The notes under the pieces: generated by a model
Databases searched by the model: none
Told to the model about the DNA's origin: nothing
What the model saw: the letters and a program-made list of their open reading frames with translations, nothing else
Assembly (NCBI RefSeq): GCF_009914755.1
Contig: NC_060930.1
DNA length: 64,000 bases
Source of the DNA: the human T2T-CHM13v2.0 reference genome, Homo sapiens
Reading direction: 5' to 3' (one strand)
Position numbers and translations under genes: made by a program
Part shown: piece by piece, positions 45,070 to 61,027 of the stretch
How positions within the stretch are numbered: the first letter of the stretch is position 1
How the letters are laid out: the number at the start of each line of letters is the position of its first letter

Positions 45070-45580
45070 TGTGGTGAGCATTTGCTCATTTCAGCACTCA
45101 GCTTCCATTTTCCCTTCCTCTTGGTTATGTGATCCCAGTTTTTGTTTGGATGGCTATCACCTTTCCCCAGTGCATCCTGTGTTTTACCACCATTCTCCCC
45201 TCTACCCCCAGCTTTAGGGTAGGCCCTAAATAAAATATTTTTAATCTAAAGGGACTATTCATTTCCCTGGCTACGAGGATTTTAAAAAGCAAGAAGAAAT
45301 TTATTGGCAGATCTGATCACCCTTCTGAGAGAGCAATCAAGTAAGACAGCATGTAGCCCCTGGAAATTGCTGGAAATCATCATGTGGCCCTAAGGAGTGC
45401 CAGCCTAACGATGAAGCAGAAAGAGGGATGGCGAGATGACTGAACTGTTGAGTCAAGTCACATCCAAAGCCCATGTGGCCTCTGATCTTTTCAGATAAAT
45501 GAGTTATTAAATATTTTATTTAAACCAGTGAAAGTCAGGCTTTCTCTTATCAGGGACAGAAAGACTCTCAACTGATAGAA
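45070..45580 (+). mobile_element. Old MaLR LTR (MLT1K/L-like)
   Basis: tgtggtgagcatt...ttaaaccagtgaaagtcaggctttctct...aaagactctcaactgata. Confidence 0.55.
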
Positions 45581-45799
45581 TATACAATACAAGCAAGCTT
45601 TGTAATTTGCAAATGAATAAAAACATTTTTAAAATTATTTTTCCACAGTGAATTAGCAAGAATAGCTATGACCCATGGGGCAGGTTGAGAAAAATTTCTA
45701 AGCTTTTATTTTAATTTAGTACCCTTTTTTGGAAAAAATTGGTACCGACTGACAGTATGTTCAGAACTAGATCTCAGCAAGAATAACTACATATGTAAA

Positions 45800-46650
45800 A
45801 AGAAACAGGCATTTTAAAACCTATAAAACTGAGTGAACGTGTGTGACACTGAGTGAGAATATGATATATTCTTATATTCAAATATGTATGAAATTCATAT
45901 ATGTATAAAATTCACAAGTCATAAAAGCAAAGACTGTCAGCTTTGGCTACATAAAAATTAAAATACAAAAATAAAATACAAAAACTGATATATGGCAAAA
46001 AAAAAAAAAAAAAAGGAAGAAAAGAAAAGAAAAAAGAACCCACAGAGTTAAAATGTAAGTAACGAACTGAGGGAAATTTTTGGAGCTTATATGAAAGATC
46101 AGTTGATAGCCTCAATATACAAAGAGTTCTTATAAATCAATAAGAAAACAATTGGTAAAAGATTTGATCATACAATTTGAAGAACATATTAAAAGATGCT
46201 AAAGTTAAAATCAAAGTCAAGGGCTATCAGGTTTAAAAAGGTTACTAATAATTATATACATTAAGTTCTAGGCACTATAAGAATTATCTCACAGAGATGC
46301 ATATATAAGAATGATCATTATAGAGTTAAAAAATAAAAACAAATGTTTAACAATAAAAAACTGGTAAAATATATTTTGATATAGTCTTACATTGAAATAT
46401 ATATCGGAACCATTAAAAAAGATCAGGTAGGCCTTTTAGTGTTACCATGGAAAGAAGTATGCTATATTGTTTGAGGATATTAAACAACATACAGAATGAT
46501 CCCATTTATATTAAAATTAACATATGCATTAAAAGTCTGAAGGTAAATGCCAACAGTTAATAATGGTTATCTTTCAGGTGTAGAACTGCATAGAGGCTGT
46601 TTTATGTAAAGCTTTCACAAAATTCAAGCAGTACAAAAATATTTTTATTT
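45800..46650 (+). mobile_element. Ancient L1 (L1ME-like) fragments
   Basis: A-rich; aatatacaaagagttcttataaatcaataagaaaa; aatgatcccattt. Confidence 0.6.
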
Positions 46651-49218
46651 TAAAATAAGTGAACAGATATCAGAGAGAAATACAGGTTGGGTAATCTGTG
46701 GCCCCCTTGATGGTAGAATGCGTTCCTCTTGCCCTGGGTTTCTGCATGTCAGTGAAGTGTCCAGCAGGTGACAGTCCTGTTGTGTTAGGGCAGGGTGGAA
46801 GGAAGGAGGAGGAGGAGCATGAGAGAAGAAAATATTTTCCCCAACCAGGACACTAGAAATGGAGAAATTTCACAGGGAGCTCCAGGGGAGCATAAGGGGT
46901 TGCATTTCTAGCGTTCACTGTCCTAGAGTTGGCTCCTCAAAGCCTGTGCAGTTGCCATTGCTGTTTTGCCAGGTTCTGCCTGTAAGGCCCAGTGACAGCC
47001 TCCTTCCCCACTATTGCCCAACCCAGGGTTTCTTGTAACTGATCTCATCCCTCCTCTGCCCTTTGGACTTGACTTTGGACTAATTTGACAACACATCAGC
47101 CAGCCCCATTATGAACAGCTAAAGTCTGATGTGATCCATGAGTTAGGGCCTTTGCTGAGTTGGCATCTCTCCACTTCCACCCCCGCCACAAGAAACTGGA
47201 GTTTGGAGTCTCTAGAGAAGAAGCCACAGGAGGAACAACGCAAACAAGCTTTGGGCTCCCTTGTTTCACGTCTTGTGATCAACTTAGATGAGTTATGAGA
47301 AAGTTCTCTTGGTTGAATCCTAGCCTTGCACAACTCAAAAGGATCAGAAATTCTCAGCAAGTAATTTTTCCAGATAAAAAATGAAGCTTAGAAAACTTAC
47401 GTAACTTCCTCTAAGCCTATAACAAATTTGCAGTAATGCCAACATGAGAACCCAATTCTCCCGACACTGTGGACTCCCAACCTCACGCGGGACTATTTCC
47501 ACTCTGCATGCCATGTCTTTGGGTGCCGCATTTCCAGCTGCAGGATTCCAGAGCTTCAGGGATTTGTTAAGAGTCAATTTTGACACCTTCACTCAAAATA
47601 GAGAATTGAAAGTGAAAATGTAGCACTGAATGCTTTTACTGTAATGCCTAGTGTTGTCAGTGTCAGTAGTATCACAGTGTCATATTATCAATGTGATATT
47701 TGTTCGTTCATCTATTCATTCATTCATCAAACATTTCTGAGCATGTACATCATGCTAGACCCTGCAGCAGAAAAAAATAAAACAACACAGCAGTAGCAAA
47801 GAGGCCATATGACCCAGCAATAGTTTTAAGCCTTACATCCTTATTCAGTCAGTCTAGTCCTGTCCCCTAGACCCCTGGCCTTTGGTCTTGGCAATTCTTG
47901 TATAGAGAATTACTATATCATTGCAAAACACTCAGTTTACTGAAGACCCTCTAGCAATATTCAATTGCAATCAACTCTTGTAGGCAAACCCTGTGAATAT
48001 GGTAGCTGTGTATAGTGGTTGCATGGACGATCTCAAGGATAAAATGCAGGAAGCTTTCACCTTTTACATTTCATCTGCCCCTGGAATCTCAGTATCCTTA
48101 GCATCACTCACAATAAGTTCTTCCAGGGAAAACAGTATGCACCATCTAGCAGACACCAAGACCCAATCTTAATACCTAGAACAATTATAGATAATCCCAC
48201 TGGCTCAGTCAAGATCTAGCAAGTTAATTTTGGTTACAAAGAAAACATGGCTGTGTGTTAGTAGACTCTCGAACTATTACATCTTAGGAACAGTGTGTCT
48301 GAAAATGGGCTTTCTTTGTATCAGAATGGCCATCTGTACATGTTTTGAGGAAGCATTTGGGGAAGCCCCAAGCACAATGCCATTGGTGTCATGATCACTG
48401 ACACCATTGACAGCCAGTTATATTGCACATGTGGCCCAGAATGTGCCAAGGAGCCTGAGTCTACTGAAGGACACTATGTATTGAAGCCAAGGACAGAGGG
48501 AGGCAGGCTACAGTCCCTGAGATCAACTTCAGCACTCTGAAGGGTAATAATCCTCTGCCTCCACCATAGATTCGCATTATCAAGAGAAGATACAGGCTTC
48601 ATGCAGGCTTTTGGAAAATCTGGGTGACAGACTAGTCACTTAAAGAATGTTAGAGGAAGTCCAACATTTAGATGGAAGGAAAAGGATACTAAACCTCACA
48701 TCCTATATAAAAATTAACTCAAACTGGACCACAGATCTAAATGGAAAATGTAAACTATAAAACTTTTGAAAGAAATCATCAGAGAAAATGTTTGTGGCCT
48801 TGGTTTAGGCAAACAATTCCTACATAAGATATCAAAAGCATGATCCATAAATGAGCAACCGATAAATTGAAGTTCATCAAAATTAAAAATTTTACTCTGC
48901 AAAAGACAAGAGAAGAAAAAGAGAAGTTAGATTGGTAGAAATTATTGCAAATCACATGCCTGATGAAAGACTTGTACTCAGAATACAATACAAACTCTCA
49001 AAACTCAATAGTAAGAAAACAAACAACCCAATTAAAAAATGAACAAAAGATCTGAACAGACATTTTACTAAAGAAGATGTCTGATAGCAAGTAAGTACAT
49101 GAAAAAATGCTCAACATCATTTGCCACTTGGTAAATGCAAATTAAAACCACAGTGAGATGCCACTACATACCTATTAAGTAGAATGACCAAAATATAAAA
49201 AAAATGCATAATATCCAG

Positions 49219-49631
49219 CATCTTAGCCCATTTTATGTTGCTATAATAAAATACCAGAGACTGGGTAATTTATAAAGAACAGAAATTTATTTCTTACAGT
49301 TCTGGAGGATGGGAAGTCTTAAGAGCATGGCACTGGCATCTGGTGAGGGCCTTCTTGCTGCATCACAAGATGGCAGAAGACATCACAGAGAGAGAGGGGG
49401 CCACAAGAGAGAGCTGAACTGGCTTTTATAACAGACCCTCCCTTGTGATAACTAACCAACTCCCATGATAACCCATTAATCCATTAGCCCATTAATCCAT
49501 GAAATAATCCATTCATGACAGCAGAGCCCTCATGACCCAATCACTTCTCAAAGGTTCCACCTCTCAACATTGCCACACTGGGGACCAAGTTTCCAACACG
49601 TGAACTTTTAGAGGACTTTAAAACCATAGCA
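49219..49631 (-). mobile_element. MST LTR inside the L1
   Basis: gttgctataataaaataccagagactgggtaatttataaagaacagaaatttatttc...aaaccatagca. Confidence 0.88.
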
Positions 49632-49799
49632 CTAAGTGCTGACAAGAATGCAGAGGAACTGGAACTCTCATATATTTCTGAGAATGACAACTGATACAGT
49701 CCCTGTAGAAAACAGTTTAGTAGATTTTATTAAGTTAAACAAAGACTTACCATATAACCTAGCAATCCTATTTATAGGTATAGAAATGAAAACAAGCTG

Positions 49800-49975
49800 G
49801 GACTGGGCCTGGTAGTGCATGCCTATAATAACAGCACTTTGGGAGGCCAAGGCAGGAGGATTACTTCAGGCCAGGAGTTTGAGGTTGCAGTGAGCTATGA
49901 TTGCACCACTGCACTCCAGCCTGGGCAACAGAGCAAGACCCCATCTTTTTTAAGAAAACTAAAAAAAAAGAAAAA
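49800..49975 (+). mobile_element. Alu monomer (FRAM/AluJ-like)
   Basis: Single arm ending gagctatgattgcaccactgcactccagcc. Confidence 0.85.
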
Positions 49976-50064
49976 CTGGAAAGAATGTCCATCAAGAAGT
50001 TAAGGAATAAACTGTGGTGTTTCCATACAATCGGGCGCTACTCAGCAACAAAACGGCATGAACT

Positions 50065-50563
<499 letters not shown>

Positions 50564-50661
50564 TCAAATGCATTATACTGGAGTGAAATAACTCTGACTT
50601 AAAATGTACATATTGTATGATTCCATGATGTGACATTTTGGAAAAGGCAAAAAATATAGGT

Positions 50662-51087
50662 ATGCATCAGAGTCAGTTTGTGTTGCTATAAATACCTGAG
50701 ATCGGGTGATTTATAAAGAAAAGGGGTCTATTTGGTTCACAGTTCTACAAGCTGTATAATAAGCATGGCATGAGCATCTGCTTCTGCGGAAGCCTCAGGC
50801 TGCTTCCACTCAAGCAGAAGGCAAGAGGAAGCTGGTATGTGCAGAGGTCACATGGTGAGGGGGGACGCAAAAGGAGAGAGGGGGAGCTGCCAGCCTCTTT
50901 TTAACAACCAACTTTCTCAGAAGCTAACAGGTCAAGAGCTCACTCACCTCCTCCCCCAGGAAGAACATTCATCTATTCGTGAGGGATCCACCCCCACAGC
51001 CCAAACATCTCCCACTAGGTTCCTCCTCCCACATTGGGATCCAATGTCAACATGAGGTTTGGAGGGTCAAATATCCAAACTACAGCG
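50662..51087 (-). mobile_element. MSTB-like LTR inside the L1
   Basis: gttgctataaatacctgagatcgggtgatttataaagaaaagg...caacatgaggtttggagggtcaaatatccaaac. Confidence 0.88.
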
Positions 51088-51500
51088 GTGTGGAAAGTAG
51101 ATCAGTGGTTGCCAGGGGCAGCGATGGGGAAAGAGTGTGACTCAAAGGGATAATACAAGTTTTCTGGGATGGCAGAACCATTCTGTTCCTGCTTATAGTG
51201 GGGATCACTTGATTTTGTGTGTGTCAAAACTCATAGAACTGTATACCAAAAACATTGCTATTTTTGCTATATTTCAATTTTGTTAAAATATTCTGTGAAG
51301 AAGTATTTCATGGCAAGACTTCAGCAATACCTCACATATACTCCCATAGGAGAGCAACAGCAGTCATCAATAAATCATCCTCCCTCCCTCCCATACCCCA
51401 GGTTAAACTATTAATATCAACCAAGACACTGGGACGTGCTAGCCAGGAAGTCATAGGCCAAGAGTTTCTTCTGAATAAACGGCAACACAACAAAACATAG

Positions 51501-52178
<678 letters not shown>

Positions 52179-54599
52179 CTAACCAGCTGGTGTGTTGCAC
52201 CTGCCCCGCCTCCAACGAACGGAGCCGAGCACCACTCAAAGGCCGGAACACGTTCTTTGGACCTCAGCAGGCAGAATGCCCAACGCTGGAGCATCAGCAA
52301 ATGAGCTCACAGGGTGCAGTGGGTGCTTTTGAAGCTCGGGTCAACTGGAATAAATAACGGATTTTCTGCCACGTGTGCCCTGAACAGCACCTTTGAAATC
52401 AAAGTGAAAGATGAGCATGATTTAGACCTTGCCAAAAATTACAGGTGTCCAGGCATTTGTCAATACTTACATAACTATATACCAAAAACAGCAAATGGTG
52501 CTGCTGTATGTACATTTAATAAGAAATGAAAAAAAGCTTTAGGGTAAAGCCTAGCTCAAAGTGTAACTAGGGATAAATGTTAAGCAACCAGCTCATGTCT
52601 TTTTATTTATTTGGCCCCAAATTAAAGCAATGAATGGCAAGAATATATACCACGAAGTTGTTTCTTCTTTTGTGGATTTCTTACCACAATCAATGGTGCT
52701 TCTAACAAAAAATACAAGTCTGCAGATAGTTAAAAGATGGAGACGGTGGGCCGTAGGTCCGACCTGTTAGGAGCCGCAACAAGAATTGTCCTGTGTATAC
52801 ATTGCACAACTCTCCTGTCACTGGGGCAGTATCTTCCATGTTTACAAGCTGTTTAAAGAATAAACCCTAAAAGTGATGAGCCAAGTAAAATACAGACTGG
52901 CAACCACAGATGATAATGCAATTCCCCTGGGGCTGGTGGGTCCCTGGAGGATCACGATAGCTCTGGGAAAATTATTAAGTGGTCTGGTTTTCCATGAAGC
53001 TGGGGGTGTCAGTGGGTTTATCAAAAGTTCCAGGGTGCTCCAGGGCGGTGGTTCCCTGGGCAGGTAGTCACAGTCACAGGGGAGACCATAGAGGGGTGTT
53101 CTCTACAAAAGGGCTGAAAGTGAAGGGAACAAATGTACATAGAGTCAAACAGCACATTCTATCTCTGTTTATTGTTATAACGTTGTCAGAGACAACATAA
53201 ATAACTGATGAACATTTTAACACCATAAATGAGATAACAGCCAGCACCTCTCTGATTTGTTTTGTCTTCAGGGTTCCCCAAGAGTGCTTGGTCCTTCACT
53301 TGCTTACCCAAAGTCAACACTAGGTTCAGGCATTTTCTAAAGCACTTTCCTATCTTAGAATTTCAATTCCTGAACTTATTAGACAATTGTTCATCATCTG
53401 CTTCAAGTGCCAAGAAGTTGTTGCCTCAGGGTGGCCTCCCTCTACGAGTCTCATTATCCAGGAATCCTGCAGCAGTCATCCTGGAAAGCAGCTCCAGGAA
53501 CAGCCTTGCCTGCTGCAAACCCGGCTGTCCCTTGGCCTGCTGGCCTCTGTGACACTGGTGATGTTCTGCCAGGTGCTCAGTGTTGGCTGTGAGCAGTGTG
53601 CACTGTGGCCATCCCTGAGCCCAGTCAAAGGTCCAGCAGAGCAGCAGCTGCTGCCCCAGCAGAAGAGCGCTTCACCCAGGATCACTCCAAGTTGGGAGGA
53701 AAATAAAAATTTCAAGGCAATCATCAATCCCACCATTGTTCCCTTCCCAGGACCTGAACCACCTGCTTTCAGTTTGACGAAGGAAGAAGAGCACAGAGGT
53801 GTTTAGATACCAATCATCTTTGCTAAGGGCAGTATTGAAAACAAGAGGAGAGGACTGCCAGAGAGCCAGAGCTGGCTTCAACACACATTTTTAAATTGCC
53901 TCCATGGGCTGCAGCTGTGAAACGTAGTGTGCGAAGCCACATCCGTAGCACTTTCCAAAAAAAGAAGGGTCCTGGAAAAACTGGCCAGTGTCATACTGTA
54001 ATGCTTTCTACGTGTTTCTACATAAAACAACACTTTCATCTTCTACGTTCCTTTAAGAGGACAGTGGGAGGGGGACATTCCTGATACATTTAGTACATGT
54101 GCTATTCTAGGCAGGCTTCTGACTTTTTCTCATACTCTTTTCTATGTAGGCATGAGCTCCTAGCCACTCCCCTTGGCCCCTGGCTTCTGTCATGCCCCTC
54201 TTTTCCCTGGTAAAAATTCTAAAAGCTATCCCTCAGGTGATGCTTTGCCACTTCAAAACAAAAGATGTTCCACCCTTTGAAAGAGCATCAGAGCTTCTCT
54301 CCCTATCTGCCCTTCTCCTAAAAGGTGCCTGTGGGACACTCGCTACCTTCACCCAGCTGTAGTAAGCCCCATACTGGTGAAAACACCCCATAATTTTATT
54401 TTTGAGAAAACTGTAAAAGACATAAAAGCATATTATGAAAATAACATTTGCTGTACGTTTCTAAAAAATACTTTTCATCAAGTGAAGGACTCTAGTTCGC
54501 AATTAATATTTTATCTGCAGGGATTGAGATGTTATTAGTGTGGTAAGTTACACACATAGAGATTTCTAGTGTTGAGCTACCTTTGAGAAAAGCCTATTT

Positions 54600-55100
54600 T
54601 GTCCATTTTCATGTATGTATTCATAAACTGCTGAATTCCATTTGTTAATATTTTGTTTGGGCATTTTGCCATTCTATTTATAATTAGGATTGGCGTGTAC
54701 TTTAATTTCTTGCATTTTTCCTATCTGGCTTAGAAATTGACAGCATCCATAATACACTCTTCTTCAAATGACCTGGCCAGACATTTCAATCTATCATATG
54801 AAAAATTAAATCTTCATCCACCAAACCAAAAAGTCAGTAGATAAAATTTAAAATTGATTAGTCACAACATAGCAATGTAAGAATTATTAGAAAATAAGGA
54901 GGTAAACACCAGAAGAAGCAACTGAAAGGACTGGAGGTGGTTGCCTCCAGGGAAGAGAAAAATAGACAGGAAACTGCTTTTTTGTTTGTGAAAATAACCC
55001 TTTCAGGATTACTTTTCTTTTTAAACCAAGAATATAAAACCATGTTCCATTCTTTTAAACCGTTTTATCAAACATGTATTACTTTGATACAAATGAAAGA
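54600..55100. mobile_element. Ancient L1 fragments in both orientations
   Basis: tgctgaattccatttgttaatattttg (L1 antisense) followed by A-rich sense fragments. Confidence 0.5.
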
Positions 55101-56001
55101 AAAAAATGAGGTCTTACAGCTCAGAGACATTTATGGTGCAGCATTTATTTTGAAATTGTGACATCTCTTAGGTTTCATTTCTCTCTCACGTGGTGTGGAT
55201 TTTTTCCCCCAGGGAACACATATAGAAGTCATAGGTTTCTTGTTCAAGCTTTTCCCTTCTAGTATATTTTGTACTTCCTTGTCTCTGAACATGTGAGGGT
55301 TCTTCCCCTTACCCCTACCTGATTGCATGCCAAAATATTGGCTTTCCACCAAGCAAAGGTTGGAAGACATTTTTAAACCCTTTATTCGAAAGCGTGCAAT
55401 AATATTATCTAGATATCCTTTGAAGGACTTCTGGTCTGGTGGCGGAATTCTGAATTCATACACTAGTTCTTTTTTGGCACCTGGTTGATGTGAGGTGTTG
55501 TGGCTTTGCTTTGACAACTGGTTCAGGATACTGTGGTGGTGTTGGAGGGATCATTGAGTGGAGATGCTATCGGGGCACGCCCTACACCCAGGCCAGGCCC
55601 ACCAACAGCTGTTTCATTTCAAGGCTGACTCTGGAGAGGACAGTATATCTGCCACTTGTAGGATAATCCGTTTAAAATAGAATTCAGACTGGTGGAAAGC
55701 AACATGAAAACCGACCATGACAAAAGGTGTTATTTGCGGGGGTCTGTTATTGTTGCTTGTATTGAAAACTAAGTTCTTTTTCTCTTATTAAAATAGTTTA
55801 AGTTTTAGTTTTGTGAGATTTTTAAAACACTGATGCTGTTTGCATATTTTACTTTGTGACTAAGCCTGGAGGAGGGCACATTTTTTTCTAAATTAGTTTG
55901 TGTATTTAATCGGCATTTCTGAGTCACTAGAACAGAATGCTGCTCCCTCTCCTCTGTTGTATTATTGCTATTGATACTTTTATTTATTTATTTATTTTTT
56001 A

Positions 56002-56372
<371 letters not shown>

Positions 56373-57285
56373 ACTTAAATGGAAAAAAAGTCATCAAATG
56401 GGATGCAAAGTTTGATTAAAATTGCTAAATATATACAGATCTATGTGCACATAAAATATTGGAAGGGAACTTGCAAACATTAATAGTTATGTTACTTATG
56501 TGTTCATGTTGAGTGAACTTTTTATTTATTTACATTTCTTTTCAAACTTTTCTGTAATATGCCTATTTCCTCCTTTATGACAAAACCTATTGGAAAAACA
56601 AACCATAATGTCTCAATCAGGGAAGAATAACTAGAACAATCATTCTTTTTTGTTCTATTTATTCTTCTTTCTTAAAGTTTCACCATTTGCGTGGGCTCGG
56701 GTCCTCAGCCTCATTTTGCTGATAAAATTTAAGAGCTTAAAGCAGTAGCTTTTAGTTTTGTGGGTATTTTCGCTGAGAATTAAGGCTGAAAGAGGAAGTT
56801 ATCATCTTGGAACTTAGGGGAAAATTCTACAGAACAGTATATCAGACTTTTAGGATAAATCTCCTTCTTTCTAGTTGTTTTTCTTGTTAAACTTTTCTGA
56901 GAATTTGAGGCTCAACCTTTTAATTCTGGGAGCTGGCTATAGTATTTGGAGGCCGTGACTGAGTTCAGGAGGTGGATGCTGGATAATGGGAGGGTGGATG
57001 ATAAGGTTTAGGGATGATATTGACATTCAAGTTCTGATTCGATTAGAGAAAGAGTGAATATAGTATTTGTGGCCAAACGATAGTCGATTGAATTAAAGTT
57101 TAGTTGGTTGGATCATTTAACTGAAAAAAAGAGGTGGAGAGGCTATCTTATTTATGTTAAGTGTAATAAAGGTAATTATATGGGAAACCTGAGAGAGGAG
57201 ACTATTGGTAATTTTGTCCATCTGTGGGTGGTGATGGTGATGGTGGGTGCTCCAGGCTTCCTCTTGGAGATGACATTTGTGCTGA

Positions 57286-57657
<372 letters not shown>

Positions 57658-57871
57658 TGAAAGGGCATCTTCTATTCAGGCGCAGTGAAAAAGCTGGGTG
57701 AATGCTGCAGGGGTCCACCTATTAGAGACCTTAGAGGACAAACAAAGAGATTCTGATGTGGCTGTTACAAGGGAAGTTGGAGTTTTTCAAGTAGGAGAGT
57801 AATGTTATCAGATTCATTTTTTATGAAGATCTCTGAGGATATTGTACAGAAGTTAGACAAGAACAAGAATA

Positions 57872-59898
57872 CAGGCATACCTCGGAGATACTGTGGGTTC
57901 AGTTCCAGACCACCACAAAGACAGTCACACAAATTTTTAAATTTTCTAGTGCATATAAAAGTTATGTTTATACTATACTATAGTCTAGTAAGTGTGCAGT
58001 AGCATTTTGTCTAAGAAAATAATGTGCATAATTTCATTAAAAATACTTAATTGCTAAATAATGCTAATGATCCTCTGAGCATTCAGTGAGCTGTGCTCTA
58101 TTTGCTGGTGGAGGGTCTTGCCTCAGTGTTGATGGTTGCTGACTGATCAGGGTGGTGGTTGCCAAAGGCTGGGCCTGTGGCAGTTTCTTAAATCAATATT
58201 GAGTTTGTCACATTGATTGATTCTACCTTTCACGAAAGATTTCTTTGTAACATGTAATGCTGTTTGAATCAACTTCTTCCAAACTTCTGTTAATGTTGAT
58301 ATTTTACCTCCTCCCAAAAACTGTGAATGTCCTTCATGGCACCTACAGTGGTGAATGCCTTCCAGAAAAATTTCAATTTACTTTGCCCAGATCCATCAGA
58401 GAAATCATTACATACAGCAGCTATAACCTTTGGAAATGTATTTCTTAAATAATAAGACTTAAAAGTCAAAATTACTCCTTGATCTATGGGTTGCAGAATG
58501 GATGTTGTGTTAGCAAGCATGAAATCAACTTTAATCTCCTTGAGCATCTCCATCAAGCTCTTAGGTGACCAAGTGCATTGTTAATGAGTAATAATATCTT
58601 GAAAGGAATAATCAGAGCAGTAAGTCTCAACACTGGGCTTAAAAATATTCAGTAAACCATGCTGTAAACAGATGTGCTGTCCTCCAGGTTTTGTTGTTCC
58701 ATTTACAGAGCACAGGCACAGTAGATTTAGCATAATTTTTAAGGGCACTAAGATTTTCAGAATGGTAAGTGAGCATTGGCTTCAACTGAAAGTCTCCAGC
58801 TACACTAGCCCCTAGCAAGAGAGTCAACCTGTCCTTTGAAGCCATGAAGCCAGGCATTGACTTCTCCTCTCTAGATATAAAAGTCCTAAATGGCATCTTC
58901 TTCCAATAGAAGGCTATTTTGTCTACATTGAAAATGTATTGTTTAGGGTAGCCTCCGTCATCAGTGCTCTTAGCTAGATCTTCTGGATAACCTGCTGCAG
59001 CTTCTCCATCACACTTGCTGCTTCACCTTGCACTTTATGTTATAGAGGTGACTTCCTTCCTCAGCCTCATGAACCAACCTCTGCTACCTTCAGACTTTTC
59101 TTCTGAAGCTTCCTCACCTCTCTCAGCTTCACAGAATTGAAGAGACTTAGGGCCTTGCCCTGGATTAGGCTTTGGTTTAAGGGAATGTCGTGGCTGGTTT
59201 GATCTTCTATCCAGACCACTAGAACTTTCTCCATATAAGCAATAAGGCTGTTTTGCTTTCTTATCATTCATATGTTTACCAGGAAAGCGCTTTCAGTTTC
59301 ATTCAAGATTTTTTTCCTTTGCATTCACAACTTAGCTAACTGTTTGGCAAAAGAGGCCTAGCTTTTGGCCTATCCTGGCTTTTGACATACTTTCCTCACT
59401 GAGCTGAATCATTTCTAGCCTTTGATTTAAAGTGAGAGACGTGTGACACTTCTTTTCACTTGAACACTTAGAGGCCATTGTAGGGTTATTAATTGGCCTA
59501 ATTTCAATATTGCTGTGTCTCAGGCACTAGGGAAGCCTAGGGACAGGAAGAGAGATGAAGGAACAGCCAGTCAGTGGAGCAGTCAGAACATACATAACAT
59601 TTATCAGTTAAATCAATAAACGTCTTTGTCTTCTACTGCACACTTCGGAGTGCCCCCAAACAATTACAATAACCTCACAGAACGATGATCACAGATCACC
59701 ATAGCAGATATCACAATGAAAAAGTCTGAAATATTGCAAGAATTACCAAAATGTGACACAGGAACACGAAGTGAGCACATGCTGCTGGAAAAATGGAGCC
59801 AGTAGGCGCTTGACGCTGTGTTGCCACAAATCTTCAATTTGTAAAAACAAAAACAAAACACACAGTATCCCAGAGCTCAATAAAATAAGATATTCTTG
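57872..59898 (-). mobile_element. Tigger1 DNA transposon, near full length, with decayed pogo/CENP-B-like transposase
   Basis: Terminus TA|CAGGCATACCTCGGAGAT; other end ...CTTG|TA; minus-strand ORF pieces [70 protein letters not shown]. Confidence 0.95.
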
Positions 59899-60859
59899 TA
59901 TTCTGGTGATGGGGCAACAATGAGAAGGCTTTAGATTAAAAAAAATGCTAATTTCCTAGATTAAGGCAAGTGGTGGGGAATGGGAGAAAAAGGAAAGTGT
60001 GAAAGGCTCTTCTGTAATTGATTACCTGTGGAGGAACGTCATTCCAGGAAAAGGCCTAGGTTTCTGGCTTGGACAATTTGATGAGGGCTCACACCGTGCT
60101 GTTCTCCTCTGGATATGTGGGTGCCATATGTAATTATCATATGATTCACGCTTCTTGGTAAGGTTATGCTCACAGGCATTGTTGCTCTTAGGCGGGAGGA
60201 GGCTGAACCGCAGTATGTATTTCACAACCAGCTTTTCCAAACTAGGTCCCAGGAAGCACTGGTTTCGGCGAGTGTTACCAGATCTCCTGCAGGGGAGAAA
60301 CGGTCACGAAACATGAACTGGTCTGCCCTGCTCTTGGAGAGTTACAGTGGAAACTGGCATGTTAGAGGCTCACAGTAAAGACACTGCTACACTTTAACTC
60401 AGTGTCCCATGGTTATTAGAGCTTAGAACCCGGGGGAAACTGCTGTATAGAAGAGGTCAAACAAGCTGAGTGCAGGTTTTGTCACGAAACTGGGGGGCGA
60501 GTAGGGTTCTATTATCAAAGAATGGTTGTGTTGGGGCCATAAGAAAGAATTACAGGCAGTGGTGCGCAGGTAATGTTCACGAGACGCCACAGCGGGGTAG
60601 CATCAGAGGCGGGAGGAGGAGGGTTGGAGAGCAGGGCCGTGTTGCAAGGCTCTCTGGGTGGCCACAGCAGCTTGCGCTGCGCCCACATTGCTTCTGCGTG
60701 TTTACAGTTGGGCACGAGAAGGCTCAGCACGCACGCACAGCAGGTGGGGGCCCGCCCTGCCCACAGCGTGAAAACAGGAGCCCCGGCCAGCCACGGCTGG
60801 GCAGGGCCAGAAGCGCCTCCTCCAGGATCCTCCCCGCGCTGGCCCGCCCCACAGGAGCA

Positions 60860-61027
60860 CCGCCCCTACCAGGAGCCCGGAGCTCTTCCCAGGGCCCGCC
60901 TCCCCGCCAGGGGGCGATCCACCTCCACTTCCTGTTTCCGCAGCCGCCCTACCAGGAGCCTGGCACTCTCCTCAGGGCCCGCCTCCCCGCCAGGGGGCGC
61001 ACCGCCTCCACTTCCTGTGTCCACGGC
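60860..61027 (+). promoter_or_regulatory. Two ~84-bp direct repeats, each with a GC box, CTCF-like CCGCCAGGGGGCG and ETS-like CACTTCCTG
   Basis: Copies start near 60860 and 60944; CTCF cores 60904-60916 and 60987-61000; CACTTCCTG at 60926 and 61009. Confidence 0.85.

Noticed and set aside
47930-48640. Possible ERVL-internal fragment upstream of the L1
   Set aside because: Only a vague compositional resemblance; I could not identify gag/pol motifs or termini.
52540-54080. 1.5-kb repeat-poor stretch with several 60-139-aa ORFs, considered as a processed pseudogene (e.g. TDGF1-like)
   Set aside because: Partial hand translation of both strands matched no protein I recognise; no poly(A) tail or TSD. 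A BLASTx/BLAT search would settle it.
58290-59271. Transposase-like ORFs as a possible domesticated TIGD gene
   Set aside because: Fragmented across frames with stops and an internal deletion; an ordinary decayed Tigger1.
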